From contig DATDRP010000001.1 of assembly GCA_035291665.1 (NCBI GenBank), positions 2,569 to 66,568 of the forward strand: DNA of 64,000 nt, given 5' to 3'. The first letter of the stretch is position 1; each line of letters begins with the position of its first letter. This DNA is from Patescibacteria group bacterium (GTDB lineage Bacteria; Patescibacteriota; Microgenomatia; UBA8517). The notes below the pieces were generated by a model, which did no database searches, was not told where the DNA came from, and saw only the letters and a list, made by a program, of their open reading frames with translations. A program made the translations under genes and the position numbers. Shown here one piece after another: positions 30,845 to 40,199 of the stretch.

Positions 30845-30906
30845 AGCAGCCCTGGATGTCGTAGATCCTGAGTGAAACCGAAGGAGAAAGTATTCGAACC
30901 TTTTAC
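30845..30906 (+). repeat. cassette-boundary repeat with T-loop-like core attcgaacc
   Basis: 49 bp identical to 28290-28338, followed by tcgaacc. Confidence 0.85.
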
Positions 30907-30938
30907 TCCCACGTTTGAGGTGTTAGAATCCGGAGAAG

Positions 30939-31859
30939 ATGGGAGTTGAAGTTGACAAGCAAAGGACAACTTACATTGTTGAGAAGGCATTAGTGGCGAT
31001 GGACGGTCGACAGGGATTATTTTCTGAGGGTGTATTTCGACCGGAGGAGATGTTCATTGAAGTGGTAAAGAGCCATGGTGAAAGGGTTGGTAAGCCGGAA
31101 TTTGCACCAAATGCTGTATTTTTAACTACGGCTTTTGTGTTTGGTGACGATACAACGAGATTGTTCAAACGGATTACTGACCCTGATGGTGTAAGTGAGT
31201 ATGCATGGATATTTGATCCAAAGGAAGCCGGGAAAAAAAGAGATGAAGTGATTATTAATGGTTGTGCAGAGTTTTTTCGGCCAGCAGGGTATAACAGAAG
31301 GGTGGTCTTGGAATGGCCGTACAACCTTCGATTATTGGAACAGAAGTATGGGGGAGACGTAAGAAATTTTTTTGATAAATACAACGGTGATATGGAGGAG
31401 ATTGTCCGTGCTATGGTTGTTCGACCTCGGGCGAAAACAGAGGAAAAAAGGGAGAAGGAAGCATTTACTAGGTATGGCCCAAAAATTGCCCCGCTAGTGG
31501 TTCAGTGGATGAATCAATATGACTTGTATAAATTTAGAAATTCGAACGGAGGGGGACTACCTGTAGATTTTCAAGTAGCTAGAGTGTTGATTCAAACAGG
31601 TGCAGTGATACTTGATAAACCGGAAAATGCACATCAGGTGACAACTAATGTGGGTAAGTCGCTGGGATTGATGATTAGCGAACATGGTTGGGAGCCCCGC
31701 CGAGTTTCTGAATCCTTATGGAATGTTGGAAATAGGGGGTGCAATCAAAAAAGACATAGCGACTGTCCCTTGCAAGATGAGTGTGATAGGTTAATTTCAC
31801 GAAAACCATATGATAAGGACGGAAAATTCGACCCGAAGGATACTGGGCGGTGGGAGTAA
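30939..31859 (+). CDS. HhH-GPD-like DNA glycosylase-related protein
   Basis: YGPKIA, LPVDFQVARV, LWNVG..GC...DCPLQDEC partial Fe-S-like tail. Confidence 0.5.
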   Translation: MGVEVDKQRTTYIVEKALVAMDGRQGLFSEGVFRPEEMFIEVVKSHGERVGKPEFAPNAVFLTTAFVFGDDTTRLFKRITDPDGVSEYAWIFDPKEAGKKRDEVIINGCAEFFRPAGYNRRVVLEWPYNLRLLEQKYGGDVRNFFDKYNGDMEEIVRAMVVRPRAKTEEKREKEAFTRYGPKIAPLVVQWMNQYDLYKFRNSNGGGLPVDFQVARVLIQTGAVILDKPENAHQVTTNVGKSLGLMISEHGWEPRRVSESLWNVGNRGCNQKRHSDCPLQDECDRLISRKPYDKDGKFDPKDTGRWE

Positions 31860-31900
31860 AGATTTAAAATACAACTCTGTAATTCTTAACGATAGGATTA

Positions 31901-31921
31901 TTTGCAGGCTTGCCAGGATTC
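31901..31921 (-). repeat. 21-bp duplication of tRNA-Trp 3' end (att-like)
   Basis: tttgcaggcttgccaggattc identical to 32005-32025. Confidence 0.85.
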
Positions 31922-32008
31922 ACATTCGCTCGTTTCACTCGCTCAGTGTAAACTTCTCATCCTGTCTTCAAAACAAAAATAGACCCACGAGGGGTCATTA
32001 TTATTTTG

Positions 32009-32079
32009 CAGGCTTGCCAGGATTCGAACCTGGAAGAGCGGTTTTGGAGACCGCCATGATACCATTTCATCACAAGCCT
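32009..32079 (-). tRNA. tRNA-Trp (CCA)
   Basis: aggcttg/caagcct acceptor; gcggt-ctccaaa-accgc anticodon arm; ggttcgaatcc T arm. Confidence 0.95.
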
Positions 32080-32170
32080 AAGGTGCGTATTTCAGTTCAG
32101 GATACCAGTTTTAACTAAAGCTAATTATACTACACGTTTCTTGCTTTTCAGAGTTATTGTAAATACTATG

Positions 32171-32202
32171 TCATGTATCATATATCATTATATGATACAT
32201 GG
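32171..32202. repeat. 32-bp palindrome family, copy 2
   Basis: TCATGTATCATATA-TCAT-TATATGATACATGG. Confidence 0.9.
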
Positions 32203-32340
32203 GTATGAATGCGGCCTAATTCAAGATAAAGGTATATGCAAAGTTATTTTATGTTATAGCTAATAAATTTATCCGTAGGTGAAGATTCAAATAGTTTCTT
32301 AACTTGACTTATTAATACAAATAAATCTGGAGTGTAATGA

Positions 32341-32745
32341 TCAAAAAGGTGAAATTTTTCTTCTTGTGTTGCTTCGCGAGATGTCAATTTCGTTTAAGGC
32401 TTTTATCACGTCAATTAACTTGGATTTCAATGATGATTGTTTTATACGATTAAAAAGCACTTTTTTGTGTTCAGTCGTAATTACTTTATTTTGAAGAGAA
32501 AAGCGAATGATGGTTTGTCTGGTTGTTTTCAAAATATTAGCTAACTCATCCTGAAAAAATCCTTTGTCCCGAAGATAAAAATATCCTAATCGTTTTTTTA
32601 CCATTTTGAGCTCCGTTTTTGTGAATACTGCAGTTAGAAGTGCGAGCACTTCAGAGTTGGGTAGGTTGGTAAAAGTACTTCTTAATATTTCATCAAGTTC
32701 CTTGTCAACGGAATCTTCTAATTTTTGTTTTGAAACGTGTGTCAT
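32341..32745 (-). CDS. TrpR/YerC-YecD-like HTH protein
   Basis: FTKTELKMVKKRL...ELANILKTTRQTIIR pattern of TrpR-like repressors. Confidence 0.75.
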   Translation of the reverse strand: MTHVSKQKLEDSVDKELDEILRSTFTNLPNSEVLALLTAVFTKTELKMVKKRLGYFYLRDKGFFQDELANILKTTRQTIIRFSLQNKVITTEHKKVLFNRIKQSSLKSKLIDVIKALNEIDISRSNTRRKISPF

Positions 32746-32773
32746 GTAACATATATCATTATATGTGACATGA
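32742..32773. repeat. 32-bp palindrome family, copy 3, overlapping the start codon of the TrpR-like gene
   Basis: TCATGTAACATATA-TCAT-TATATGTGACATGA; CAT 32743-32745 is the ATG. Confidence 0.9.
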
Positions 32774-32916
32774 GGATCGATTACAATTACGTTTATTTAG
32801 TTAATTTGTTTTAAAAAAAACATAATGATATTAAAAAAATAATGGAAGCTTGTTTAAAAGTGTATTTTTCAATCAAAGAATAAAGAAGGAATAATGGGAG
32901 AAGATATTCTTGTAGG

Positions 32917-34707
32917 TTAATACAAATAATCGGGATAATTGGTTGAAGAATTCGGAGATCCTGTAGGGGTGTAATAATAGTAGGGTGTTGGTGTGGGATC
33001 GAGGCTTGAGATATGGTAATTATATGAAGGATCGGGACATGATTGGGGTGATTTTCGGTAGGAATAAGTTTCCGGGTACATCAAATTTGCACATAAATGA
33101 TATTCACTGCCTGTATCGTTCGTTGAATAATAATAATCCGTTCCGTCAGAGTTTTTGGGAATTACTGCCATCTCCTTGCCCCCTCTTGCACAGTACGTAA
33201 CCGAGTCACTTGCCAAATCATTGAGATTGGCAGGATATCTTTGGCAGGATGCGAAGAAAGCTTGCACGCCGTAGCTGAGTTGCATAATATCCGAGAGTTT
33301 TTTTGCATCAACCGCTTTTTTCTGTTGTTCTTTTATGCTGTAACCCAACAGATCTTTGGTAAGTTCATCAAAGTCTGTAACACCATCGGGTACATTAACC
33401 TCAACTTCTTTTGCGAAGTTATCAAAAGTTGTGGCAAGAGAAAATCTCATTTTGATTTCATCCTGGGTCAGGGGATTTGAAAAAATCCCCATCGAATAAA
33501 GCTCCTCCGCATACTGTTTTTCGATGACGATATCAAAACTTATCAATGACTTTCTAAGCAAATAGCTTCTGCGGTCAAACATTGCTTCCAAATAGAAATT
33601 TTTAACAACATCCGAAGGTTTTGATGGTTCCGGATTATTTTCGCTTTGGGTAAATATATCGGTATCGATTCCGAGAACTTTGGCTTCGGTCAAAAGATTA
33701 CCCTCGGACTCTTCGGAAATTTTTTCAAAAATATAATCCGTTAAAGCGTCGTCGGCATTTATGGATAGTTTGTAAACCTTATTATCCTGGTAGTTTGTAC
33801 TTTCCAGTTTTACGGCACTTTGAATTTTCCGATCATTCATGAATTCAAGTGTTTTCTCAATAATCTGATCCGTGATTGGTTTGTCTTTTTTTGTCGAATC
33901 AAGCTGGATCCTGGCCTCCGAATCCAGTGGTTCGGTATCAATGAAGTACCATTTTTCGAGATGTTTTTTGATAGCTTCTTCATTAAATCCAAAAACTGTT
34001 AAATAATTGGTTGGCAATTTGTTAACTTTGAAATAAACTATCTTATCTTTTACCAATAGGTTCATATCAAAATCCTTGTTAAAATTCATCTCGAGGTTTG
34101 TAAGGATATTTGTGGGATCTTTGTATGAAATATCCCCCTTTACAACAGCATCGAGTTTCGCCAGCGGGAGAATGCCTCCGATTTCCGGTGCATCGAAAGC
34201 AGCTGAAAGTTCAAAGTCATGGCTGGCGATTTTTTTATGAGAAAATAGTGCCTTTTCAACAATAAATTCGGGAGTTTTTTTGGTGAAAGGAAGACTCAAA
34301 ACTGCAAATTTAAGTTTATCCTGGGCATCGGGTGCAAAAGGTAGGTGGTAAACATCATAAGAGATAAGAAAGGCCAATGTTATTCCTGAAACGAGAAACA
34401 AAAGGAAAAAAGCCAGTAATAATACAAGCAGTATTTTGGGAAATTTGGATTTTGGCTTTTCCGGTTTTATGGGATTTTGATTCGGGATAATTTGCTCTGT
34501 AGCTGGGTAGGTTGTAGGAAACGGAGTGGATTGTGGTTGAGAAAAATAGGGTATAGTTGGTTGTTGTTCGACTTCGGGAGGTACTTCTGTCTGAGCTTGT
34601 TGCGGCGGTTGATATTGGTTGGGAGAGAGATTCCTTGGAATAACCGGATTATTAGAATTACTCGGACCTTGGGGAAAATTTAAATTATTTTTATTATCGG
34701 GATCCAT
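32917..34707 (-). CDS. membrane-anchored protein with Pro/Gln-rich N-terminus and C-terminal pseudopilin(GspG)-like domain
   Basis: 596 aa; TM near aa 92-115; DAKKLSDIMQL...FF...RYP and YYYS...YHLCA. Confidence 0.6.
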   Translation of the reverse strand: MDPDNKNNLNFPQGPSNSNNPVIPRNLSPNQYQPPQQAQTEVPPEVEQQPTIPYFSQPQSTPFPTTYPATEQIIPNQNPIKPEKPKSKFPKILLVLLLAFFLLFLVSGITLAFLISYDVYHLPFAPDAQDKLKFAVLSLPFTKKTPEFIVEKALFSHKKIASHDFELSAAFDAPEIGGILPLAKLDAVVKGDISYKDPTNILTNLEMNFNKDFDMNLLVKDKIVYFKVNKLPTNYLTVFGFNEEAIKKHLEKWYFIDTEPLDSEARIQLDSTKKDKPITDQIIEKTLEFMNDRKIQSAVKLESTNYQDNKVYKLSINADDALTDYIFEKISEESEGNLLTEAKVLGIDTDIFTQSENNPEPSKPSDVVKNFYLEAMFDRRSYLLRKSLISFDIVIEKQYAEELYSMGIFSNPLTQDEIKMRFSLATTFDNFAKEVEVNVPDGVTDFDELTKDLLGYSIKEQQKKAVDAKKLSDIMQLSYGVQAFFASCQRYPANLNDLASDSVTYCARGGKEMAVIPKNSDGTDYYYSTNDTGSEYHLCANLMYPETYSYRKSPQSCPDPSYNYHISSLDPTPTPYYYYTPTGSPNSSTNYPDYLY

Positions 34708-34827
34708 TTACAATTCAGTATATAATTTTTATCCGGGCAACAACAACAGTTTACGGTTTTTGGGGGTTGCAATATTATAATTCATATATATAAAATCATA
34801 TTCCACACCTATAGTGACAGGACGTAG

Positions 34828-35109
34828 GTGTTTTTTATTATTATCGTGGAAAAAACTAAACTGGTGAAAATTATAAATCGGGTTTATGATCGTGCAATAG
34901 GTTCCTATTACGGAACAGGAATAAAAGATAAAGACACATCCATACAAAATGCTTCACCTTCATGCGGATATTTGGAAGCTGGCGGAAATAAAGTTTGTCC
35001 ACTAATGGGCACTCAATGTATAAATGTGGAAAATTGCAATACAGCACAAAATATTCTATCCGCCCACCGTTTCAGAGGGAACTCCCTTGACCACGAAAAA
35101 AGAGCTTAA
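34828..35109 (+). CDS. small Cys-rich hypothetical protein
   Basis: C...CP...C...C pattern; start uncertain. Confidence 0.4.
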   Translation: MFFIIIVEKTKLVKIINRVYDRAIGSYYGTGIKDKDTSIQNASPSCGYLEAGGNKVCPLMGTQCINVENCNTAQNILSAHRFRGNSLDHEKRA

Positions 35110-35167
35110 GCGATTATATTAAATCCTCTTTAAAAAACCAATTCTACAATCGAAGAAATTTGGATTG

Positions 35168-35395
35168 TTATTTACTCTTTACAACCTCAACTTTAAGGTT
35201 TTCTGCCATTTTTCTTACTCGATCGTGATATTCTGCTCCGACTCTAGGAATAGCAGTCATATTTGAAACTTGGTCGTCAAAATTTTCTATAGCTTCAGCT
35301 TCTGACTTACCAACTCCCTTTACTCCAATTTCTTCAGCTGTAGCAATATGCGTAACTTTATGTGTATCTTTGTTATGTGTAACTTTTTCTGCCAT
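35168..35395 (-). CDS. small hypothetical protein (HicB N-terminal-like)
   Basis: GGAGGTG RBS; GVGKSEAEAIENF. Confidence 0.5.
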   Translation of the reverse strand: MAEKVTHNKDTHKVTHIATAEEIGVKGVGKSEAEAIENFDDQVSNMTAIPRVGAEYHDRVRKMAENLKVEVVKSK

Positions 35396-35417
35396 AAAAT
35401 ATCACCTCCTTAATTCA

Positions 35418-35609
35418 TCATTTCAATTTTGGAGATTCCTTGTGTAATTGAACTTTCTTACAATTTTTGCACCACTTTTTGATGTTCAGCTTCGAAGACC
35501 CCTCGGATTTTGTTGCCATGTTGACTTTGTTCCTCTGAGTCACATAATTTTGAGACTTGCAGACTGAACAGATCATTGCAACTATTTCTCTTGCGCCTTT
35601 TTTTGCCAT
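35418..35609 (-). CDS. rpmG: 50S ribosomal protein L33 (Zn-ribbon type)
   Basis: AMICSVCKSQNYVT, LNIKKWCKNCKKVQLHKE. Confidence 0.93.
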   Translation of the reverse strand: MAKKGAREIVAMICSVCKSQNYVTQRNKVNMATKSEGSSKLNIKKWCKNCKKVQLHKESPKLK

Positions 35610-35773
35610 ACAATCTGCTATTCTAGCAGGGAATCGTTCATTTTCCAATTATCATTTCCTTTTTTACAAATAGACATATTTTTTAAAAAACTGATATAAT
35701 TTCATGTGTTCAAGCTTGGATAGCTAGGGGTAGCGTAGCCTGGAAATATTTCAGGACAAATCTTGATTGATAC

Positions 35774-35845
35774 GCCCAAGTGGCTCAGTGGTAGAGCGAC
35801 TTCTTGGTAAGAAGTAGGTCGTGGGTTCAATTCCCACCTTGGGCT
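35774..35845 (+). tRNA. tRNA-Thr (GGT)
   Basis: gcccaag/cttgggc; acttc-ttggtaa-gaagt; ggttcaattcc. Confidence 0.93.
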
Positions 35846-35991
35846 CAACATTTAAAGAGGCGGGAAAACTTACCTTCAATTCCTCCCCAATTATAATTTC
35901 TTTCGTTAATCTTGCATCAGTTTACTTATCTCAATTTTTAAAATGGCTATTGATAGAGAAGCATGAATAGTGTTTAAATAATAATATAAAT

Positions 35992-36849
35992 ATGTCGGGA
36001 AGAAGTGTTGTTGCGAGTATTTTGGGGGTGTTGGTATTAATAGGCGGAGTTGTTGCCGGAATACTTCTGGTGAGAGAAAGACAGGATCTCAGAGAAAAAG
36101 CTGCAGTTCCAGGTGGTCAGGCAAGAGTTTCACTTTTTCCAACAACAGGTAACTTCAAGGTTGGTGACACATTACCGGTGAGCATCTATTTCAACACATC
36201 GGATGTTAGTATTTCGAGTATTAATGTGAGGTTAAGGTATCCTTTTTCGGGGACTACTCCGGAGATTTCAGCCTCAAATGTTACGATCAACTCAGTATTG
36301 GCGAGTTCCGGAAAATGGAGCTGTTCAAAAAAATCAATAACAGCCGATGGAGGAAATGTTTTAATCGATATCGGATGTTCCATTGAAAGTGCTACCGGTT
36401 ATAAAACCAATTCAGACACCCTTTTGGCGACATTTGACTTAAAAGTTGATCGAATCCCATCCACCAACCCTTTTAAAATTACTTTTGACCCCGCTCAAAG
36501 TATTGTTACACAGTTATCAAACGGTCAGGATATTTTGAACATTCCGGATCAGAATGTGGGTGGAGGAAACTACACAATCAGTGCCGGAAGCGACGATCAG
36601 ACAAATCCGACTGTTACCCCAACGAAACAACCGACGGCCACACCGACAAAAGTTCCGACTAATACTCCGACAACGACAGTAAGACCAACGGGAACAATTA
36701 CGCCAACTGTAACTGTGAAACCCACTTCATCGGCTGTAACTCCAACAACAGCTGTGAATTTGCCGGATGCGGGTTTTGGTGCTCCAACTTTAATGGGCTT
36801 AGGGCTTGGAGTGGTATTTATCCTTTCGGCAGTACTTCTTGCATTATAA
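35992..36849 (+). CDS. cohesin-like domain surface protein with PT linker and LPxAG C-terminal anchor
   Basis: N-terminal TM + QDLREKA, beta-rich domain, PT repeats, LPDAG + TM. Confidence 0.7.
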   Translation: MSGRSVVASILGVLVLIGGVVAGILLVRERQDLREKAAVPGGQARVSLFPTTGNFKVGDTLPVSIYFNTSDVSISSINVRLRYPFSGTTPEISASNVTINSVLASSGKWSCSKKSITADGGNVLIDIGCSIESATGYKTNSDTLLATFDLKVDRIPSTNPFKITFDPAQSIVTQLSNGQDILNIPDQNVGGGNYTISAGSDDQTNPTVTPTKQPTATPTKVPTNTPTTTVRPTGTITPTVTVKPTSSAVTPTTAVNLPDAGFGAPTLMGLGLGVVFILSAVLLAL

Positions 36850-36882
36850 TAGTGTTCAAGAAAACCCCACCCAAGGCGGAAC
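36849..36882 (+). mobile_element. truncated IS200/IS605 left-end remnant
   Basis: ttat|aatagtgttcaagaaaacccc..., no right end. Confidence 0.35.
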
Positions 36883-36891
36883 TTTCCTGAT

Positions 36892-37953
36892 TCATTCAAT
36901 AAAACAGGCATCACCGAATGAAAAGAAGCGATATCTTTTTTGAATGGCTTTTTCGTAGGCATTTCCGATGATACTTGATTCAAAGTCCGAAAAAACATCT
37001 TCGGTATTCGGCTGGGAAACAAACGCACTGATCAATAAGAGAAGTGTTGATTTTGGGAGATGAAAGTTAGTTATCTTGGCGTCGACAAATTTGAATTTAT
37101 ACGGAGGATAGATGAATAATTCAGTATATGGTTTAGTGTATTTTGCAGATAGGGAATTATTTTTTAAAGACAAAGTTTCTAGCACGCGGGTGGTTGTTGT
37201 TCCGACTGCAATGATGCGCTTACCGGATTTTTTGGCATCATTAAGTCTTTTAATCGTCTCCGGTTCAACCTCAAAATACTCTTCATGGATTTTATGGTCT
37301 AAGATATTTTTTTCTTTAACAGGAGCAAATGTACCAAGGCCGACATGAAGGGTCAGAAATTCCATCCGGATACCTTTTCTTTTTAACTTTTTCATTAGAT
37401 CTTTAGTGAAATGAAGTCCGGCTGTAGGAGCCGCGGCTGAGCCTACAGTTTTTGCATAGACTGTTTGATACTTATCCCGAAGATCACGCTCGGAAAGGCT
37501 GGATTTTATATATGGAGGAATCGGAGTATGGCCAATAATACCGATTTTATGAAGTAAATCTATATCATCCAGGTCAAATTTCAGGTGAGTAATGTAATTC
37601 TCTCTTTTTATAACTTGCGCCTCCATATCGTCAAAGAAAATCCGATCATACATAAATAGTCCCGGTTTTGTGATTACTTCACAGACTGATTCAGGTAGAA
37701 AACGTAAAATAAGAACTTCGACATTGCCTTTCGTTTTTTTCTTCCCATATATCCGTGCCGGAAAAACTTTGGATTTATTGAAGACTAAAACATCATTTTT
37801 ATTTAGGAGACTTGGAAGTTCAGAAAACTTAAAATGAGAAATTTTCTTACTTTCCCTGTTAACAACCAAAAGCCTTGACGAATCTCTTGGGTTTGCAGGT
37901 TTATTGGCAATCAGCTCACGGGGAAGAAAGTAGTCGAATTTTGAAATATCCAT
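36892..37953 (-). CDS. queA: S-adenosylmethionine:tRNA ribosyltransferase-isomerase
   Basis: FDYFLPRELIA, PIPPYI, YQTVYA..GSAAAPTAGLHF, TLHVGLGTF, TNFHLPKSTLL, YRFFSFGDA. Confidence 0.97.
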   Translation of the reverse strand: MDISKFDYFLPRELIANKPANPRDSSRLLVVNRESKKISHFKFSELPSLLNKNDVLVFNKSKVFPARIYGKKKTKGNVEVLILRFLPESVCEVITKPGLFMYDRIFFDDMEAQVIKRENYITHLKFDLDDIDLLHKIGIIGHTPIPPYIKSSLSERDLRDKYQTVYAKTVGSAAAPTAGLHFTKDLMKKLKRKGIRMEFLTLHVGLGTFAPVKEKNILDHKIHEEYFEVEPETIKRLNDAKKSGKRIIAVGTTTTRVLETLSLKNNSLSAKYTKPYTELFIYPPYKFKFVDAKITNFHLPKSTLLLLISAFVSQPNTEDVFSDFESSIIGNAYEKAIQKRYRFFSFGDACFIE

Positions 37954-38010
37954 GAGCGTAATATAGCTGGAAATAGGTGGTGTTTACAAGTATAATTACA
38001 TCTGGTTTGT

Positions 38011-38082
38011 GCCGACTTAGCTCAGTGGTAGAGCAGCTGTTTTGTAAACAGCAGGTCTAGGGTTCGAATCCCTAAGTCGGCT
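38011..38082 (+). tRNA. tRNA-Thr (TGT)
   Basis: gccgact/agtcggc; gctgt-tttgtaa-acagc; ggttcgaatcc. Confidence 0.95.
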
Positions 38083-38158
38083 CCGACAGTAAGACTAAAA
38101 TTTTTACGGGACAAACAGCAGGACTTTGGGAATGAGTTAATCCCAAAGTCGATACAGT

Positions 38159-38407
38159 ATGGAAAATAAAGTAAACAAGGTCTATTACTTGGCTGCATTC
38201 AATGCTCATTATATTAATTCAGCAAAAAGATTATTAGATTTGCTGGGTGATCAAATATATTCGATCTCGAAAGAGGAAGCAGTGGTGCTGTTGGCAGAAT
38301 TCTTAGAAGATAGAAAAGATACAGGACTACCGACATATCAGATAATGAACGCATTAGAACCAGTAACTTTCAGTAAAAACTCCTCCAAAGAAGAGCTTCT
38401 TAAGTAA
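38159..38407 (+). CDS. hypothetical protein
   Basis: 82 aa ORF between tRNAs. Confidence 0.45.
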   Translation: MENKVNKVYYLAAFNAHYINSAKRLLDLLGDQIYSISKEEAVVLLAEFLEDRKDTGLPTYQIMNALEPVTFSKNSSKEELLK

Positions 38408-38447
38408 ATAAGCGCTTAGAAGTGGACTTATTGTATAATAAGCACAA

Positions 38448-38508
38448 GTCAGGATGGCGGAGTGGTCAATCGCACGAGTTTGTAAAACTCGCGCCAGAAC
38501 GGGATACT
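38448..38508 (+). pseudogene. truncated tRNA-Tyr (GTA) paralog lacking T arm and 3' acceptor strand
   Basis: D arm and cgagt-ttgtaaa-actcg anticodon arm parallel the intact copy at 38547. Confidence 0.65.
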
Positions 38509-38546
38509 AATTAGGCTTAATTATAGTAAAATTAGATTTTCGATGC

Positions 38547-38631
38547 GCTGAGGTGGCGGAGCGGCCAATCGCACCAGACTGTAAATCTGGCGCCCGGACG
38601 GGCTACCTAGGTTCGAATCCTAGCCTCAGCA
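38547..38631 (+). tRNA. tRNA-Tyr (GTA)
   Basis: gctgagg/cctcagc; ccaga-ctgtaaa-tctgg; long variable arm; ggttcgaatcc. Confidence 0.95.
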
Positions 38632-39176
38632 CTCGTTGCACTCGTTCTGAGTCCAGTCTTCGATGGTGCACGGGTACTTTACTTTGCACGGCGAATCTCC
38701 TCCAGAGGCGGACAGGCTAGCCTCAGCATAGATTTGTTAACTTTTTAAGAAGAAGTTTTAGAATTATTTCTTGTTTTTCCTCACCCATAGACATATTAAG
38801 ATAATTTTGGCTTCGTATATCAATGAATTAAGCTATGGGTTTAAGAGAAGCCAAGTAAGAAGGAATATCAAGAATAATCGATACTTTTAGGGCAAAAAGA
38901 TGACCCCGTTATGAGAGGTGCTCAGTAAGAAGTTTTCCCCGGATGTACCAGGTGGGTAAGCTCATCCTGTAAACTAAGTCTACAGGAGATTTGCCTGCGA
39001 TTTAAAAATTAAACCGCGTTTCCTATGAAACTCCCAAAAAGCTTATTTTGATGAGGAAAAAGCTTTCCTGAAACCTTCCCTTAACAGGGTCAAATTCATT
39101 ATATACTCCTCCTGCAATTGTTTACAACAACATGTTCAAAAGGAATAATATCAAGTCGAATTTTAAGTTTAAGATT

Positions 39177-39830
39177 TCAAATGGAGCTTCCCCCGGGAAG
39201 CAGAAGCCGAAGCAAAATATCAAGAATCGGATTAAAAATAATTGAAATAGGTGAGGTCCCGTTAATCGTTGGAAAAATCAATAAGAATAAAATGACCGTG
39301 CCGTATCTTCGTAAAAAAAGTTCTGCTTCTTGAGCTTCTTTTGCCGGTAATAATCCAATGAAAATCTTTCCTCCATCGAGAGGATTGATCGGAATCAAAT
39401 TGAAAAGAGCTAAACTCAAGTTAAGAACGATTATCGGAATCAAAAGGTCGGCTAAAAAGTATAGAGGAGAAAAAGGTGTGTAGGAAAATCGAAGTATCAG
39501 TGATAAAAGAATTGCCAGGATAATATTTGCTCCCGGGCCCGCCAGGGATATTAATGCGCCGTCTTTTCTTGGGTTTTTCAGGTTGTATGGATCAAACATA
39601 ACCGGTTTTGCCCAACCGAATGGGATCACAGGTATCCCGAACGCCCGCATGACGACCAATATCAACAAAAGTGTTGTACCCACCGGGTCATAATGGACAA
39701 CAGGGTTTAAAGATAGTCTCCCCATTAATCTAGCCGTGGGATCACCCAATCGATCGGCCATCCAGGCGTGGGCGGCTTCGTGTACGGTTATCGCGATGAT
39801 GAAAGCTAAGATCCAGCCTATTAATGCCAT
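39177..39830 (-). CDS. site-2 protease family (M50) membrane metalloprotease
   Basis: HEAAH, GDPTA, GRLSLNP, GWAKPV, FNLIPINPLDG. Confidence 0.92.
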   Translation of the reverse strand: MALIGWILAFIIAITVHEAAHAWMADRLGDPTARLMGRLSLNPVVHYDPVGTTLLLILVVMRAFGIPVIPFGWAKPVMFDPYNLKNPRKDGALISLAGPGANIILAILLSLILRFSYTPFSPLYFLADLLIPIIVLNLSLALFNLIPINPLDGGKIFIGLLPAKEAQEAELFLRRYGTVILFLLIFPTINGTSPISIIFNPILDILLRLLLPGGSSI

Positions 39831-39945
39831 ATTAATTTGTCCTTTGCTAAAAAGATACTTAATTAGTATAATTGACACTGTCTTAAATAAAAAGATTCAT
39901 GATTATTCGAATGTATGCGTGAATCTTAAATCAAAGGTATCTAAT

Positions 39946-40197
39946 ATGAGTTACGTTTGCCAAATTTGCGGAAAGAAAAATGTAATGGGGAGTAGTCAGA
40001 AGCACAAAAGAGGTGTGGCGGGTAAGCGGTGGAGAAAAAGAGCACCGGAAACCCCCAGGCTTTTCAAAATCAATCTGCAGAAAAAAACAGTAGTTATCGG
40101 AGGAATTTCAAAACAAATGCGGCTTTGCACAAAGTGCATAAAAAGAATCAAAAACTTCGGAAATATTAAGAAGTATAAGAACATTGCCTTCGTATAA
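39946..40197 (+). CDS. rpmB: 50S ribosomal protein L28
   Basis: CQICGKK...RLFKINLQ...LCTKCIK. Confidence 0.9.
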   Translation: MSYVCQICGKKNVMGSSQKHKRGVAGKRWRKRAPETPRLFKINLQKKTVVIGGISKQMRLCTKCIKRIKNFGNIKKYKNIAFV

Positions 40198-40199
40198 TA

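Noticed and set aside
27633-30906. CRISPR array or canonical integron attC sites
   Set aside because: Repeats are separated by whole genes rather than 30-40 bp spacers; no cas or intI; no clear RYYYAAC...GTTRRRY pairs.
38740-39110. Possible decayed HEPN/nuclease gene downstream of tRNA-Tyr
   Set aside because: I could not reconstruct a convincing frame or motif.
39736-39945. Extended rpmB ORF
   Set aside because: Overlaps the site-2 protease gene antisense; L28 begins at 39946.
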